DNA from: Patescibacteria group bacterium | Lineage (GTDB): Bacteria; Patescibacteriota; JABMPQ01; JAQVVF01 | Length of the DNA stretch: 64,000 nucleotides | Direction: 5' to 3' | Assembly: GCA_041662665.1 (NCBI GenBank) | Contig: JBAZSC010000003.1 | Location: forward strand, 4,603-68,602 | Part shown: piece after piece, positions 1-10,478 of the stretch | Position numbering within the stretch: the first letter of the stretch is position 1 | Layout of the letters: each line of letters begins with the position of its first letter | The notes under the pieces: model-generated | Told to the model about the DNA's origin: nothing | Database searches by the model: none | What the model saw: only the letters and a program-made list of their open reading frames with translations | Made by a program: the position numbers and the translations under genes

Positions 1-369
1 AGAATCGGACCGGTGATTGTCGCTATGGCAGGACCTTTTTCCAATTTAGTGATGGTTGTAATTTTTGTTTTGCTATTAAAATTTGTTTATCCTTTAACTG
101 GATTGGGAGAGGGAAATGCTTTATTTGATTTCTTATACACTTTGATTTTGATTAATACATTGTTATTATCTTTCAATATAATTCCAATTCCGCCTTTGGA
201 TGGATCAAGAGTGTTATTTGCTTTGCTTCCGTCATCAGCAGAGAATATAAAAATGTTTTTGGATAAATATGGTTTCTTTATTCTGATTGGATTGTTATTA
301 GTTGGAGGTAGTTTATTTTCAAGATATTTCTATTGGGTGATCGGGATTGTTGATAAGTTTTTGGCATAG
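1..369 (+). CDS. Site-2 protease (peptidase M50) family, C-terminal part, truncated by window start
   Basis: Frame open from base 1; AGPxSN and FNIIPIPPLDGSR motifs; hydrophobic helices. Confidence 0.88.
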   Translation, partial: RIGPVIVAMAGPFSNLVMVVIFVLLLKFVYPLTGLGEGNALFDFLYTLILINTLLLSFNIIPIPPLDGSRVLFALLPSSAENIKMFLDKYGFFILIGLLLVGGSLFSRYFYWVIGIVDKFLA

Positions 370-379
370 ACTGTTTATG

Positions 380-444
380 AGAAAACAGAAAATAGGAAAC
401 AGTACGACATCGAACTGTTTTCTGTTTACTATTTTCTGCTTTCT
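380..444. repeat. Heptamer (AGAAAAY) tandem-unit inverted-repeat hairpin
   Basis: AGAAAACAGAAAATAGGAAACAG ... CTGTTTTCTGTTTACTATTTTCTGCTTTCT. Confidence 0.8.
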
Positions 445-455
445 AAGAAGAAGCA

Positions 456-484
456 TTGACAATCAAATTTTTATTTGATATTCT
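456..484 (+). promoter_or_regulatory. Sigma70-type promoter of rpsL
   Basis: TTGACA-17 bp-TATTCT with extended TG. Confidence 0.65.
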
Positions 485-502
485 TTATGTATTATAAAAA
501 CT

Positions 503-946
503 ATGCCAACTATCAATCAATTAGTTAAACGAAATAGAAAATCTGGAAAAAGAAAATCTAAAGCACCTGCATTGCAGAGGGATTTTAATAAAATCAAAAA
601 ACGATATGTTATGCTTGAAGAAGGAAATCCTTTCAAAAGAGGTGTTTGTACAAAAGTTACAACTACTACTCCAAAAAAACCAAACTCTGCTTTGAGAAAA
701 ATCGCTAGAGTTAGATTAACAAATGGTATGGAAGTTACTGCATATATTCCTGGAGAAGGACATAATTTGCAAGAGCACTCAATTGTTATAGTTCGTGGTG
801 GAAGAGTAAAAGATTTACCAGGTGTTAAATATCATATTGTTCGAGGAATTTTAGATACTGCTGGTGTTGAAGGCAGAATGCAACAAAGAAGTAAATACGG
901 TGCAAAGAAAAGTGCTGGAGGCAAGAAAAAAGAAGCAGCTAAATAA
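503..946 (+). CDS. rpsL: 30S ribosomal protein S12
   Basis: [28 protein letters not shown]. Confidence 0.99.
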   Translation: MPTINQLVKRNRKSGKRKSKAPALQRDFNKIKKRYVMLEEGNPFKRGVCTKVTTTTPKKPNSALRKIARVRLTNGMEVTAYIPGEGHNLQEHSIVIVRGGRVKDLPGVKYHIVRGILDTAGVEGRMQQRSKYGAKKSAGGKKKEAAK

Positions 947-953
947 TCTTAAA

Positions 954-1078
954 GAATTTCTAATTTTTAATTTCTAATTTCTAATAAATTTCCAATTTCT
1001 AATTTCTAATGAATAACTTGTTTGAAAATTAATTCATTAAAAATTTAATAAAAATTGAAAATTAGGAATTAGAAATTG
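954..1078. repeat. Heptamer (AATTTCT) tandem-unit inverted-repeat element
   Basis: (TTCTAAT)n left arm, (ATTAGAA)n right arm; related copies at 22126 and 55341. Confidence 0.85.
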
Positions 1079-1088
1079 CAGTTAATTT

Positions 1089-1559
1089 ATGGCAAGACGC
1101 AAAAGACAATATAAAAGAGAATTAAAGCCAGATCCAAAATATGGTAATTTGGTTGTCTCGAAATTTATAAATAGCATAATGGAAAGAGGCAAAAAAGGTG
1201 CAGCTAGAAAAACAATTTATAATACATTAGGTTTTATTTCTACTAAATTAAAAAAAGATCCTATTGAAATTTTTGATTTAGCTTTGAAAAATGTAGCTCC
1301 AGATTTGGAAATCAAAGGTAGAAGAATTGGTGGCGCTAACTATCAGATTCCTTATGAAGTAAGAGGTGATAGAAAACAAACTTTAGCTTTTAGATGGATT
1401 ATTGAAGCTGCTAAAGCTAAAAAAGGTCAGCCAATGTCTATTAGATTAGCAACTGAAATAATTGATGCTTCAAAAAATCAAGGATCTGCTGTTAGAAAGA
1501 AAGAAGATTCTCATAGAATGGCAAGAGCAAACAAAGCTTTTGCACATTTTGCAAGATAA
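1089..1559 (+). CDS. rpsG: 30S ribosomal protein S7
   Basis: RRIGGANYQIP, MARANKAFAHF. Confidence 0.99.
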   Translation: MARRKRQYKRELKPDPKYGNLVVSKFINSIMERGKKGAARKTIYNTLGFISTKLKKDPIEIFDLALKNVAPDLEIKGRRIGGANYQIPYEVRGDRKQTLAFRWIIEAAKAKKGQPMSIRLATEIIDASKNQGSAVRKKEDSHRMARANKAFAHFAR

Positions 1560-1562
1560 AAA

Positions 1563-1700
1563 TACGAATATCCACCTTCGTCCTGCCTTCGCTTCGGCTA
1601 TGGCAGACAAGCCTGCGGGACTTCGGTGGACAAGTACGAATAATGCAAATGATACGAATTGCGAATACTGCAAATTCGAAATTTATATCATTTGCATTAT
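1563..1700 (+). repeat. Nested GC-rich REP-like elements inside a TACGAAT/TGCAAAT repeat hairpin
   Basis: Outer TCCACCTTCG..CTTCGGTGGACAAG (1571-1634) with inner copy (1582-1611); perfect 15-bp IR 1640-1654/1686-1700. Confidence 0.85.
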
Positions 1701-1835
1701 TTTTTTTGTTTAATTTTTATTGTGCATAAGATTGTTGCACTATTTTTATTTAATGATATATTATATTTAACTAGACAGATGCAGGTCGACTGTCAATAAA
1801 CTATTTAAAACAAAATAATTAATTAACAAAAAATT

Positions 1836-2252
1836 ATGAAGAAAATTTTTGCTTTTCTTACAGTTTGCGCACTTACATTAGGAGCAAATATTGCTTTCGC
1901 GCAAAATGATTTAGATTTTAATTTTACAACAACATCAACATTGAATGAAAGCGATGCGGAAGCATTAGCAGGATTAGGAATGGGAATGGGTGTTTTTGGA
2001 ATCATTGTTGCTATCATTGGTGGATTAATTGGATTGTTTTTCTTGATCTTCTGGATTATGATGTTAGTTGATTGTATTAAAAGAGAATTCCCAAATAGAG
2101 GCGTATGGTTGGCTGTTTTGATTATTACATTCTTTATTGGATGGTCATGGTTAGCATCAATCTTATATTATTTCATGGTAAAGAAAAAAAATGTTGGAAC
2201 AATGAAAGGCGGATCTTCAACTCCTGCTGCTCCAGCTGCACCGAAACAATAG
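1836..2252 (+). CDS. Small membrane protein with signal peptide and PLDc_N-like two-helix domain
   Basis: Signal peptide ending AFA; FWIMMLVDCIKR...WLAVLI...ILYYF pattern. Confidence 0.7.
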   Translation: MKKIFAFLTVCALTLGANIAFAQNDLDFNFTTTSTLNESDAEALAGLGMGMGVFGIIVAIIGGLIGLFFLIFWIMMLVDCIKREFPNRGVWLAVLIITFFIGWSWLASILYYFMVKKKNVGTMKGGSSTPAAPAAPKQ

Positions 2253-2282
2253 TCATGAGTTTATAGAATATTACATATTTGC

Positions 2283-2310
2283 AAGGCTCCAATTAATTTT
2301 GGAGCCTTTT
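2283..2310 (+). terminator. Rho-independent terminator
   Basis: AAGGCTCC/GGAGCCTT stem followed by T run. Confidence 0.7.
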
Positions 2311-2563
2311 GATTTTATAATGAAGTTATTGAGTTATAAAGTTATAAAGTCCATAAAGTTTATAAAGTCTGACGTGTTGGTTTTGCGGAGAGATTCTACC
2401 CCCCCATGGGAGGGGTTTCGTAGTTGATGATGAGGGCATGTTTTTATTGTAAATTGTTTACTACGAATCCCTATCTTGGAAAGGTTAGAGGGTTTGGGCT
2501 TGCAAGATTTTTATTTTTTGTTTATACTATTTTAGATTTCTTTGACTAGAAGAGGAGGAAGAA

Positions 2564-3154
2564 ATGAGCACTTTAAAAAATTTTATTTTTTTGTTTATTG
2601 GAGGGAGTTTGTGTTTTATGGGTTATACTTTTTTTGTGAGTAATTTGAACATATTCCAGAGAATAATAGGTTTTTTACTTCTAACAATTTTTGTATTTAT
2701 TTTTGTGAAAATAACAAGGTATGAATATAGAAGTTCGAATTTTGTTAAAAATGTGCAAACTTTTGTTACAGGGAAAAAGCATTTTTGGAATTATTGTGAA
2801 TGCCATAAAAATGAGATTAGTGAAACGGCAAAATTATTGTTTGTATCAAGTATAGTAATTGGAATTTTTGATTTGTTTCTTTCTTTGTATATTTCTATTA
2901 ACTATGACATTATTGATGGATTATTTTTCTTCTTTTTATGTATGTTAATTGTTATGATTTTTGGAGTAAGTGCTGAATATGTAAGAAGATCAGATCAGAA
3001 ATATGCACATTTGAAAGATGAGAATCAAAAATTGCTGAAGCGGAAAGCAATTATTAAAGTTATTCATATTAATCCTGTTCAAGCAGGTCCTAATTTTGGC
3101 AGATATTTTTCAATTCACAATAAAAGAAATGAAAAAGATTATGGTCCTAATTGA
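2564..3154 (+). CDS. Hypothetical multi-pass membrane protein
   Basis: 196-aa ORF with about 4 hydrophobic segments; AGGAGG upstream. Confidence 0.6.
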   Translation: MSTLKNFIFLFIGGSLCFMGYTFFVSNLNIFQRIIGFLLLTIFVFIFVKITRYEYRSSNFVKNVQTFVTGKKHFWNYCECHKNEISETAKLLFVSSIVIGIFDLFLSLYISINYDIIDGLFFFFLCMLIVMIFGVSAEYVRRSDQKYAHLKDENQKLLKRKAIIKVIHINPVQAGPNFGRYFSIHNKRNEKDYGPN

Positions 3155-3248
3155 AGTTCTTTGTCTAGACTGTATTATCAGTCTTTTTTTATGCCAAAAA
3201 TTTTACATAAATTTCTGACAAATTTGAAACGGATAACATAGATAGCTC

Positions 3249-3277
3249 TTGCAATAATTTTATTTTGTAGTTATAAT
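3249..3277 (+). promoter_or_regulatory. Sigma70-type promoter of fusA
   Basis: TTGCAA-17 bp-TATAAT. Confidence 0.65.
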
Positions 3278-3337
3278 ACGAGCATTGAGTTGGACTTAAG
3301 TGTTTTTAATTTTTATTTAACTTTTTAATTTTTTAAC

Positions 3338-5452
3338 ATGCCTAGAGAGTATTCATTAGAGAAAACAAGGAATATCGGAATTATTGCTCACATTGATGCT
3401 GGTAAAACAACTATTACTGAGCGTATTTTATTTTTTACTGGAATTTCACACAAAATTGGTGAAGTACATGAAGGTGCTGCAATCATGGATTGGATGGAAC
3501 AAGAACAAGAAAGAGGAATTACAATTACTTCAGCAGCAACAACTTGTTTTTGGTCTCCAATTTGGAAAAAAGAACAAGATAAACATCGCATCAATATCAT
3601 TGATACTCCTGGACACGTTGATTTTACTGTAGAAGTTGAAAGATCGTTGCGTGTTTTGGATGGAGCTGTTGTTGTTTTTGACGGCAAGATGGGTGTTGAG
3701 CCTCAATCAGAAACTGTTTGGCATCAAGCTGATAAATACCATGTTCCTAGAATTTGTTTTTTGAATAAGATCAATTTAGTTGGTGGCGATTTTTATAGAA
3801 GTTTAGATTCAATTCATAGCAGACTATCAAAAAATGCTCATCCAGTGATGTTGCCAATTGGTTCTGGTGAAGATATAAAAGGTGCTGTCGATCTTATAAT
3901 GATGAAAGCATATTTTAATGTTGAAGGAAAAGAAGAAGGCATGGAATTATCTGAACCTTCAGAAATTCCTGCTGACATGAAAGAAAAATGCGAAAAATAT
4001 CGTGCAGAATTAATTGAAAAAATTGTTGAAGCAGATGACAAGTTAATGGAAAAATATTTAGAAGGAGCTGAATTGACTGAAGAAGAAATAAGAGCAGCTT
4101 TAAGAAAAGCGACTTTAACTGGTAAGTTTTTTCCAGTTTTGGGTGGTGATGGTAGAAAAGCAATTATTAAAAAAGTATTGGATTATGTTATTGATTGTTT
4201 GCCAAGTCCTTTGGATGTACCAGCAATAGTTGCTTTTGATCCAGAAGATGAAACAAAAAAAATAGAAAGAAAAGTTTCTGATACAGAACCATTTACGGCT
4301 TTGGCGTTTAAAGTTGCAACTGATCCATTTGTAGGAAAATTAGTTTATTTTAGAGTTTATGCTGGAACTTTGACAGCTGGTTCTTACATTTTGAATTCAT
4401 CAACTGACAATAAAGAAAGAGTTGGTAGAATTGTTCGTATGCATGCAAATAAAAGAGAAGAAGTAGAAGAAGTTTATGCTGGAGATATTGCAGCAATTGT
4501 TGGTTTGAAAGGAACAACTACTGGTGATACTTTATGTGATATGGAACATCCTGTAATGTTGGAAAAAATTACTTTTCCTGAACCAGTTATTTCTATTGCA
4601 ATTGAGCCAAAAACAAAAGCTGATCAAGAAAAAATGTCTATGGCTTTGCGTGCTTTGTCTGAAGAAGATCCAACATTTAAAGTTCATACAGACGAAGAAA
4701 CGATGCAAACAATTATTTCTGGTATGGGTGAATTGCACTTGGATGTTTTAGTTGATAGAATGAAAAGAGAATTTAAAGTTGAAGCTAATATTGGAAATCC
4801 TCAAGTTGCTTATAAAGAAACTATTTTGGGTACTGCTGAAGCTGAAGGAAAATATATTAGACAATCAGGAGGTCATGGACAATATGGACATGTATGGTTA
4901 AGACTAGAGCCAAATGAAAGAAATAAAGGCTTCGAATTTATTAACGAAATTAAAGGTGGCGTAATTCCTCAAGAATTTATTCCAGCTGTTGGCAAAGGTT
5001 GTAAAGAAGCTTTGACTGAAGGCGTTATTGCTTCCTATCCAGTAATTGATATTAAGGCAACATTATATGATGGATCTTTCCATGATGTTGATTCCTCTGA
5101 AGCTGCTTTCAAAATTGCTGCATCTATGGCAATGAAAGAAGGCGAGAGAAGAGCAAAACCAATTTTACTTGAACCAATAATGAAAATTGAAGCAATGATG
5201 CCAGCTGAATTTATGGGTGATATTGTTGGAGATTTAAATTCAAAAAGAGCTCAAATTCAAAATATGGAAGACAGAGATAATTTAAAAATTATTTCTGCTA
5301 TGGTTCCATTGGCTTCGATGTTTGGATATGTAACAACAATTAGATCTATTACTTCTGGTCGTGGAAATTTCGTGATGGAATTTGATCATTATGAACAAGT
5401 TCCAAAAAATGTTGAATTGCAAATAGTCGAGGGACGTGTTGGTAAAAAATAA
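3338..5452 (+). CDS. fusA: Elongation factor G
   Basis: [29 protein letters not shown]. Confidence 0.99.
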   Translation: MPREYSLEKTRNIGIIAHIDAGKTTITERILFFTGISHKIGEVHEGAAIMDWMEQEQERGITITSAATTCFWSPIWKKEQDKHRINIIDTPGHVDFTVEVERSLRVLDGAVVVFDGKMGVEPQSETVWHQADKYHVPRICFLNKINLVGGDFYRSLDSIHSRLSKNAHPVMLPIGSGEDIKGAVDLIMMKAYFNVEGKEEGMELSEPSEIPADMKEKCEKYRAELIEKIVEADDKLMEKYLEGAELTEEEIRAALRKATLTGKFFPVLGGDGRKAIIKKVLDYVIDCLPSPLDVPAIVAFDPEDETKKIERKVSDTEPFTALAFKVATDPFVGKLVYFRVYAGTLTAGSYILNSSTDNKERVGRIVRMHANKREEVEEVYAGDIAAIVGLKGTTTGDTLCDMEHPVMLEKITFPEPVISIAIEPKTKADQEKMSMALRALSEEDPTFKVHTDEETMQTIISGMGELHLDVLVDRMKREFKVEANIGNPQVAYKETILGTAEAEGKYIRQSGGHGQYGHVWLRLEPNERNKGFEFINEIKGGVIPQEFIPAVGKGCKEALTEGVIASYPVIDIKATLYDGSFHDVDSSEAAFKIAASMAMKEGERRAKPILLEPIMKIEAMMPAEFMGDIVGDLNSKRAQIQNMEDRDNLKIISAMVPLASMFGYVTTIRSITSGRGNFVMEFDHYEQVPKNVELQIVEGRVGKK

Positions 5453-5454
5453 TT

Positions 5455-5541
5455 GTAAAATTAGTAAAATTGATAAAATTAATAATTGAGTTTGTTAGAT
5501 AAGTTAGATTTGTTAGATAAGTTAGATTTGTTAGACTAGTT
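5455..5541. repeat. Two abutting 9-mer tandem arrays (TAAAATTRR; GTTAGAYWW)
   Basis: First array recurs at 30940-30970 (30/31 identical); second recurs at 32793 and 48909. Confidence 0.8.
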
Positions 5542-5600
5542 ATAAATTCTTTAGGTCAGAAAATAAATCGTAATTAGCAAATATAATTTAAAATAAAAAT

Positions 5601-6023
5601 ATGACAATCAATGTTTTAGATCCAAAAGAATTCCCATCAATTTTAAGATTGTTAAAATCTACTGGTGGAAAATATATTATTGTTGAAGATGGAAAACCTT
5701 CTTTTGCTTTGATGTCAATTTCTGAATACGAAAAGTTATTAAATGATAAAGAAAAGACTGAAAAAAATTCTTCAAGCAAAGCTTTGATTGATAAAATAAA
5801 TTCGGATATTGCTAATTGGAAATTAGAGAATGAAGAAGAGGATAATGATGAAGAAGAAGATTATTCAGAATATATCCCAAAGAAAAATTGGGTAGAAGAT
5901 AAGCAATGCATTGATTATGAAGCGCTAAAAGAAAATAGTCAGAAAAATGATTTAGTGAATGAAGATTTGAGCTATTATTATGATGTTGATGAAGAACAAG
6001 AAGACGAAAGATTTGATTTTTAA
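5601..6023 (+). CDS. Hypothetical protein with Phd/YefM-like N-terminus and acidic tail
   Basis: YIIVEDGKPSFALMSISEYEKL resembles the Phd/YefM beta-beta-alpha motif. Confidence 0.6.
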   Translation: MTINVLDPKEFPSILRLLKSTGGKYIIVEDGKPSFALMSISEYEKLLNDKEKTEKNSSSKALIDKINSDIANWKLENEEEDNDEEEDYSEYIPKKNWVEDKQCIDYEALKENSQKNDLVNEDLSYYYDVDEEQEDERFDF

Positions 6024-6077
6024 TATTGCAGGATTAAGTTAAATTGGATAAAAAGGAAATTTTGTTTATATTTATGT

Positions 6078-6497
6078 ATGAGATCTCTTATTTTGCATGT
6101 TAATAAATTTTCTACAGAGATTATTGAAAAATCTAAACGACCAAAAGAAATTATTCCCGAAAATAAAAAATCTAAAGCAGAGGAAATGAAAAATTGTTTA
6201 GTCGTCTTTTTTTGTGTAGAACAGGGAGATAGTGAAAAACAATTAGATGATTTATATAAGGAAATTTTGAAAACAGCTGACGAAGTTAAAACGAAAAACC
6301 TAATGATTTCTCCTTTTGTTCATTTATCAAATAAGATTGCTAGGCCTGAAGTGGCAAAACAACTTTATGAACTGCTAATTGACAAATTTATTGACTTAGA
6401 TTTTGTAATTAAATCATCACATTTTGGTTATCACAAAAGTCTATTGCTTGATATCAAAGGGCATCCAGGATCATTTCGTTATAGAGAGTTTTATTAG
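6078..6497 (+). CDS. Free-standing archaeal-type threonyl-tRNA synthetase editing domain
   Basis: MRxLxLH, VVFFCVEQGD, PFVHLS, FGYHK...KGHP motifs. Confidence 0.85.
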   Translation: MRSLILHVNKFSTEIIEKSKRPKEIIPENKKSKAEEMKNCLVVFFCVEQGDSEKQLDDLYKEILKTADEVKTKNLMISPFVHLSNKIARPEVAKQLYELLIDKFIDLDFVIKSSHFGYHKSLLLDIKGHPGSFRYREFY

Positions 6498-6643
6498 AGA
6501 TTTAAGATTTGTAGTTATTAACAAAAAGGTCTTGCTTTATATCAAAAATATTGTTATAATGCTTCTTGCAAAATAGATTTTGGTAAAAACTATTTCTTAT
6601 TTTTGCAAAATTTTTTTAGATTATTATAACGAAGAATTTATAT

Positions 6644-6672
6644 TTGACATTATAATTTTTTGCGTATATAAT
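6644..6672 (+). promoter_or_regulatory. Consensus sigma70 promoter of tuf
   Basis: TTGACA-17 bp-TATAAT. Confidence 0.8.
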
Positions 6673-6680
6673 TAAAATAA

Positions 6681-6715
6681 TCCTCCTTCGTCTTTCTAAG
6701 ACTTCGGAGGATAAG
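6681..6715 (+). repeat. GC-rich REP-like element (CCTTCG...CTTCGG family)
   Basis: TCCTCCTTCGTCTTTCTAAGACTTCGGAGGATAAG. Confidence 0.8.
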
Positions 6716-6741
6716 TAATTAAATAAATTAAAATTAAAAAA

Positions 6742-7935
6742 ATGGCAGAAAAATTTGACAGATCAAAACCACATTTAAACGTTGGAACAATTGGCCATGT
6801 TGATCATGGTAAAACTACTTTAACAGCAGCTATCTTGAAAGTTATCAATGCTACTGGTAAAGGCAAAGCTCAAGAGCGAACAGTTGACCAAATTGACTCA
6901 GCTCCAGAAGAGCGTGAGAGAGGTATTACTATCGCTACAGCTCACTGTGAATACGAAACAGAAAAAAGACACTATGCACACGTTGATTGCCCAGGACATG
7001 CTGATTATATTAAGAATATGATTACTGGCGCAGCTCAAATGGATGGTGCTATTTTGGTTGTTTCTGCTGCTGACGGACCAATGCCTCAAACAAGAGAACA
7101 TATTTTGTTAGCTCGCCAAGTTGGTGTACCAGCTATTGTTGTTTTCTTAAATAAGGTTGATCAAGTTGATGATCCAGAAATGGTTGCTTTAGTTGAAGAA
7201 GAAGTAAGAGAATTATTAAAAAAATATCAATTCCCTGGTGATGAGATTCCAATTGTAAAAGGTTCAGCTTTGAAAGCTTTGGAAGATCCAAATGGTGAAG
7301 CTGGAAAACCAATTTTGGAATTATTGGAAAAATTAGATTCATATATTCCTGAACCAAAAAGAGATGTTGACAAACCTTTATTGATGCCTATTGAAGATGT
7401 ATTTTCAATCGAAGGTCGTGGTACTGTTGTTACAGGCAGAATTGAAAGAGGTATGGTTAAAATTAATGATACAGTTGAAATTGTTGGTTTGAAACCTACT
7501 CAAAAAACTGTTGCAACAGGTATTGAAATGTTTAACAAATCTTTGGATGAAGGTAGAGCTGGTGATAATGCTGGTATTTTACTTCGTGGAACAAAGAAAG
7601 AAGATGTTGAAAGAGGACAAGTATTAGCAAAACCAGGTTCAATTACTCCTCATACTGAATTTGAAGCAGAAAGCTATATTTTGAAAAAAGAAGAAGGTGG
7701 AAGACATACTGCGTTCACAAATGGCTACAAACCACAATTTTATGTTAGAACTACTGATGTTACTGGTGAAGTAACATTGCCTGCTGGAACTGAAATGGTA
7801 ATGCCTGGCGATACTGTCAATGGAATGAAAGTTAAATTAGTTGCTCCAGTTGCTATGGAAGAAAAAATGAAATTCGCTATTCGTGAAGGTGGAAGAACTG
7901 TAGGTGCTGGTGTTGTAACAAAGATTATTAAATAA
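6742..7935 (+). CDS. tuf: Elongation factor Tu
   Basis: [27 protein letters not shown]. Confidence 0.99.
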   Translation: MAEKFDRSKPHLNVGTIGHVDHGKTTLTAAILKVINATGKGKAQERTVDQIDSAPEERERGITIATAHCEYETEKRHYAHVDCPGHADYIKNMITGAAQMDGAILVVSAADGPMPQTREHILLARQVGVPAIVVFLNKVDQVDDPEMVALVEEEVRELLKKYQFPGDEIPIVKGSALKALEDPNGEAGKPILELLEKLDSYIPEPKRDVDKPLLMPIEDVFSIEGRGTVVTGRIERGMVKINDTVEIVGLKPTQKTVATGIEMFNKSLDEGRAGDNAGILLRGTKKEDVERGQVLAKPGSITPHTEFEAESYILKKEEGGRHTAFTNGYKPQFYVRTTDVTGEVTLPAGTEMVMPGDTVNGMKVKLVAPVAMEEKMKFAIREGGRTVGAGVVTKIIK

Positions 7936-7946
7936 TTTATTTTAAT

Positions 7947-7974
7947 GTAGGGTACAAAAATTTTTGTACCCTAC
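7947..7974. repeat. Perfect 28-bp GTAG...CTAC palindrome (REP-like)
   Basis: GTAGGGTACAAAAATTTTTGTACCCTAC is its own reverse complement. Confidence 0.85.
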
Positions 7975-7995
7975 TAATTATAATTAAGCCCTTTG

Positions 7996-8340
7996 ATGAC
8001 AAAGACTAAGAATCAAGAAAAGAAAGAAGAGACATCTTCTCCAAGAATAAGAATCAAAATTAAGGCGTTTGATCATAAGATTATTGATCAATCAGCAGAG
8101 CAAATAATTGAAACTGCAAAAAGATCTGGTGCAGAGGTTATTGGCCCGATCCCACTTCCTACTGAAAAGCATAGGGATACTGTTTTGAAATCCACTTTTG
8201 TTCACAAAGATGCTCGTGAGCAATTTGAGATTAGGATCCACAAGAGATTGATTGATATTGTGAAGCCAACACCGAAGACGATTGAAGCTTTGTCGAACCT
8301 TAATTTACCAGCAGGAGTTGATGTAGAGATAAAGATGTAA
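7996..8340 (+). CDS. rpsJ: 30S ribosomal protein S10
   Basis: [28 protein letters not shown]. Confidence 0.98.
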   Translation: MTKTKNQEKKEETSSPRIRIKIKAFDHKIIDQSAEQIIETAKRSGAEVIGPIPLPTEKHRDTVLKSTFVHKDAREQFEIRIHKRLIDIVKPTPKTIEALSNLNLPAGVDVEIKM

Positions 8341-8344
8341 CCTT

Positions 8345-8619
8345 ACTCGAATACTTTTTCGAATGATATGCTAATGTTTTTTCGAATGTTAGTGAATGTG
8401 TTTTTGAATAAGATTGAATAAATTTCCGAACCGAATGTTTGTGAACAGTCTTGTGAAGTTTTAAACATTTTTTGTTAACTATTTTTTAGATATAAAGTAG
8501 TATTTAGCAAATAAATAGGCGAGCGAATCGCTTTGGGTTTGTTAACCTAATTTTGTTGTAGTACACTAATGCTACACTAATAACGCTAATTAGACACTAA
8601 TTACTAATGGACACTAATT
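8345..8619. repeat. Degenerate CGAAT array followed by ACACTAAT array
   Basis: Repeated (T)CGAAT/TGAAT units 8345-8437; ACACTAAT units 8563-8619. Confidence 0.7.
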
Positions 8620-8651
8620 GTTGTTAATAATGGTTATTTAGATATTATTAT

Positions 8652-9263
8652 ATGAAATTCATTTTTGGCGAAAAAATTGGAATGAGTAGAATGTATAATG
8701 AAGGTAAGCTAGAAGCTGTTACCTTAGTTAAAATTGGTGATTGTTTTGTTACAAGGCTTTTAGATAGCAAAAAAGATGGTTATTCTGCAGTTCAGGTTGG
8801 TTACGATATAGTTAAAAAAGGCGATGGAAGAGTAAAAGGAGCTTTAAATAAGGCTGGAATTAAAGAGAATTTAAGTAATTTTGCCGAATTCAGAGGTGAT
8901 GGCTTGACTTCATTAAAAATAGGTGATAAAATTGATATTTCACAGTTCAAAAAAGGTGATTTATTGTCAATTTCCGGACTTTCAAAAGGTAAGGGTTTTG
9001 CAGGTGTTATGAAACGCCATGGTTTTCATGGTGCTCCACATTCTCATGGTCATAAACATGATATGAGAGCTCCTGGTTCTATTAACTCCGGTCATCCTCA
9101 ACATGTTATGAAAGGTAGAAGAATGGGTGGAAGAATGGGTGGAGAAAATGTAACTTTAAAGAATTCTTCAATTTTGGATATTAATTTAGATGAAAATGTA
9201 TTTGCTGTAAAAGGAGCTTTACCTGGTAAGATTGGCTCATGGTTAAAAATTTGTGGAAATTAA
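8652..9263 (+). CDS. rplC: 50S ribosomal protein L3
   Basis: KIGMSR, SKGKGFAGVMKRHGF. Confidence 0.98.
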   Translation: MKFIFGEKIGMSRMYNEGKLEAVTLVKIGDCFVTRLLDSKKDGYSAVQVGYDIVKKGDGRVKGALNKAGIKENLSNFAEFRGDGLTSLKIGDKIDISQFKKGDLLSISGLSKGKGFAGVMKRHGFHGAPHSHGHKHDMRAPGSINSGHPQHVMKGRRMGGRMGGENVTLKNSSILDINLDENVFAVKGALPGKIGSWLKICGN

Positions 9264-9281
9264 AGATTATTTTGTTTATAT

Positions 9282-9893
9282 ATGTTAAAAGTTGATATAT
9301 TGAATAAAGAAGGAAAGACAGTCGGATCAACGGATTTAGATCCAAAGATTTTTGGTGTAGAAATTAAAACTTCAGTTGTTCATCGTGCTGTTATAGCTCA
9401 ATTGAGCAAGAAAGATGTAACTTCTAAATCAAAAGATCGAGCTGAAGTAAGAGGCGGCGGAATTAAGCCATGGAAGCAAAAAGGTACAGGACGTGCTCGT
9501 GTTGGTTCTATTCGTTCTCCATTATGGAAAGGCGGAGGTAAGACTTTTGGTCCTGTTGCAACAAAGAATGATGTTAAAAAGATTAACAAAAAAGAAAAAA
9601 GAAAAGCTTTACATATGGCGCTTTCTGATAAATTTAATTCAAAGAAATTGATTGTCATAGATGAATTGAAAATGGATGCAATTAAGACTAAAGAATTTGC
9701 AAAAATTTTAAAGAATATAAACGCTTACAAAAGTACTCTTGTAATGTTGAAGGAAAAGGATGAAAAGACAATGAAATCAATCAGAAATATTGCAAGTGTA
9801 AAACCTTTACTATCGAATTTATTGAATGTTTATGATGTTGTTAAGTATGATAAATTAGTTTTAGAAAAAGAAGCATTAAAGAATATTAAATAA
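9282..9893 (+). CDS. rplD: 50S ribosomal protein L4
   Basis: KPWKQKGTGRARVGS. Confidence 0.98.
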   Translation: MLKVDILNKEGKTVGSTDLDPKIFGVEIKTSVVHRAVIAQLSKKDVTSKSKDRAEVRGGGIKPWKQKGTGRARVGSIRSPLWKGGGKTFGPVATKNDVKKINKKEKRKALHMALSDKFNSKKLIVIDELKMDAIKTKEFAKILKNINAYKSTLVMLKEKDEKTMKSIRNIASVKPLLSNLLNVYDVVKYDKLVLEKEALKNIK

Positions 9894-9895
9894 CG

Positions 9896-9958
9896 AGTAG
9901 CATGTAGAAAGTAGCAGGTAGAAAGCAGAACTTACTACTTACTACATTTTACTTTCTA
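9896..9958. repeat. Heptamer (GTAGMAR) hairpin element
   Basis: GTAGCAT GTAGAAA GTAGCAG GTAGAAA ... CTTACTAC TTACTAC TTTCTA. Confidence 0.75.
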
Positions 9959-9972
9959 TTGGAAATAAATTT

Positions 9973-10377
9973 ATGGCGTTGCTAGATGTATTCAAAGGAA
10001 AGAAAAAAGATACTAAGAAAGAAACTTCAGCTAAGAAGAAAGATTTAGGAGTGAAAAAAGAAGTTAAATCAAAAAAAGCTGTAAATATTTATAGTGCTGC
10101 TCACAAGTTTTTATTGAAACCAGTAGTTTCAGAAAAAGGTGCAGATTTGAATATTTCTAATAAATATGTATTTCAAGTAAAGAGAGCTGCTTCTAAGAAA
10201 GAAATCGCAAGAGCAATTTTTGCAGTTTATGGTATTAAACCAATAAAAGTTAATGTCATAAATTTAGCTGGAAAATCAAGACGATATGGCAGAACAATTG
10301 GTCAAACATCTGATAAAAAGAAGGCTATAGTAACATTGCCAGCAGGAAAAAGTATTCAGATTTACGAAGGAGTATAA
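9973..10377 (+). CDS. rplW: 50S ribosomal protein L23 with Lys-rich N-terminal extension
   Basis: PVVSEK, KYVFQV, KKAIVTL. Confidence 0.95.
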   Translation: MALLDVFKGKKKDTKKETSAKKKDLGVKKEVKSKKAVNIYSAAHKFLLKPVVSEKGADLNISNKYVFQVKRAASKKEIARAIFAVYGIKPIKVNVINLAGKSRRYGRTIGQTSDKKKAIVTLPAGKSIQIYEGV

Positions 10378-10383
10378 TAAATA

Positions 10384-10469
10384 ATTTTCAATTACCAATT
10401 TTCAATTTTCAATTATTTTTTCGAAAATTGTAAAATGAAAATTTATTGAAAATTGATTATTGAAAATTT
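10384..10469. repeat. Heptamer (CAATTTT) inverted-repeat element
   Basis: (TTTTCAA)n ... (TTGAAAA)n. Confidence 0.75.
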
Positions 10470-10478
10470 AATTTAAAT

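Noticed and set aside
1462-1713. ORFs 1462-1713 (+) and 1470-1673 (-)
   Set aside because: They overlap rpsG and are open only because of the GC-rich repeat elements
8500-8560. Ribosomal-protein leader RNA before rplC
   Set aside because: Only small hairpins amid repeat arrays; no recognisable conserved leader
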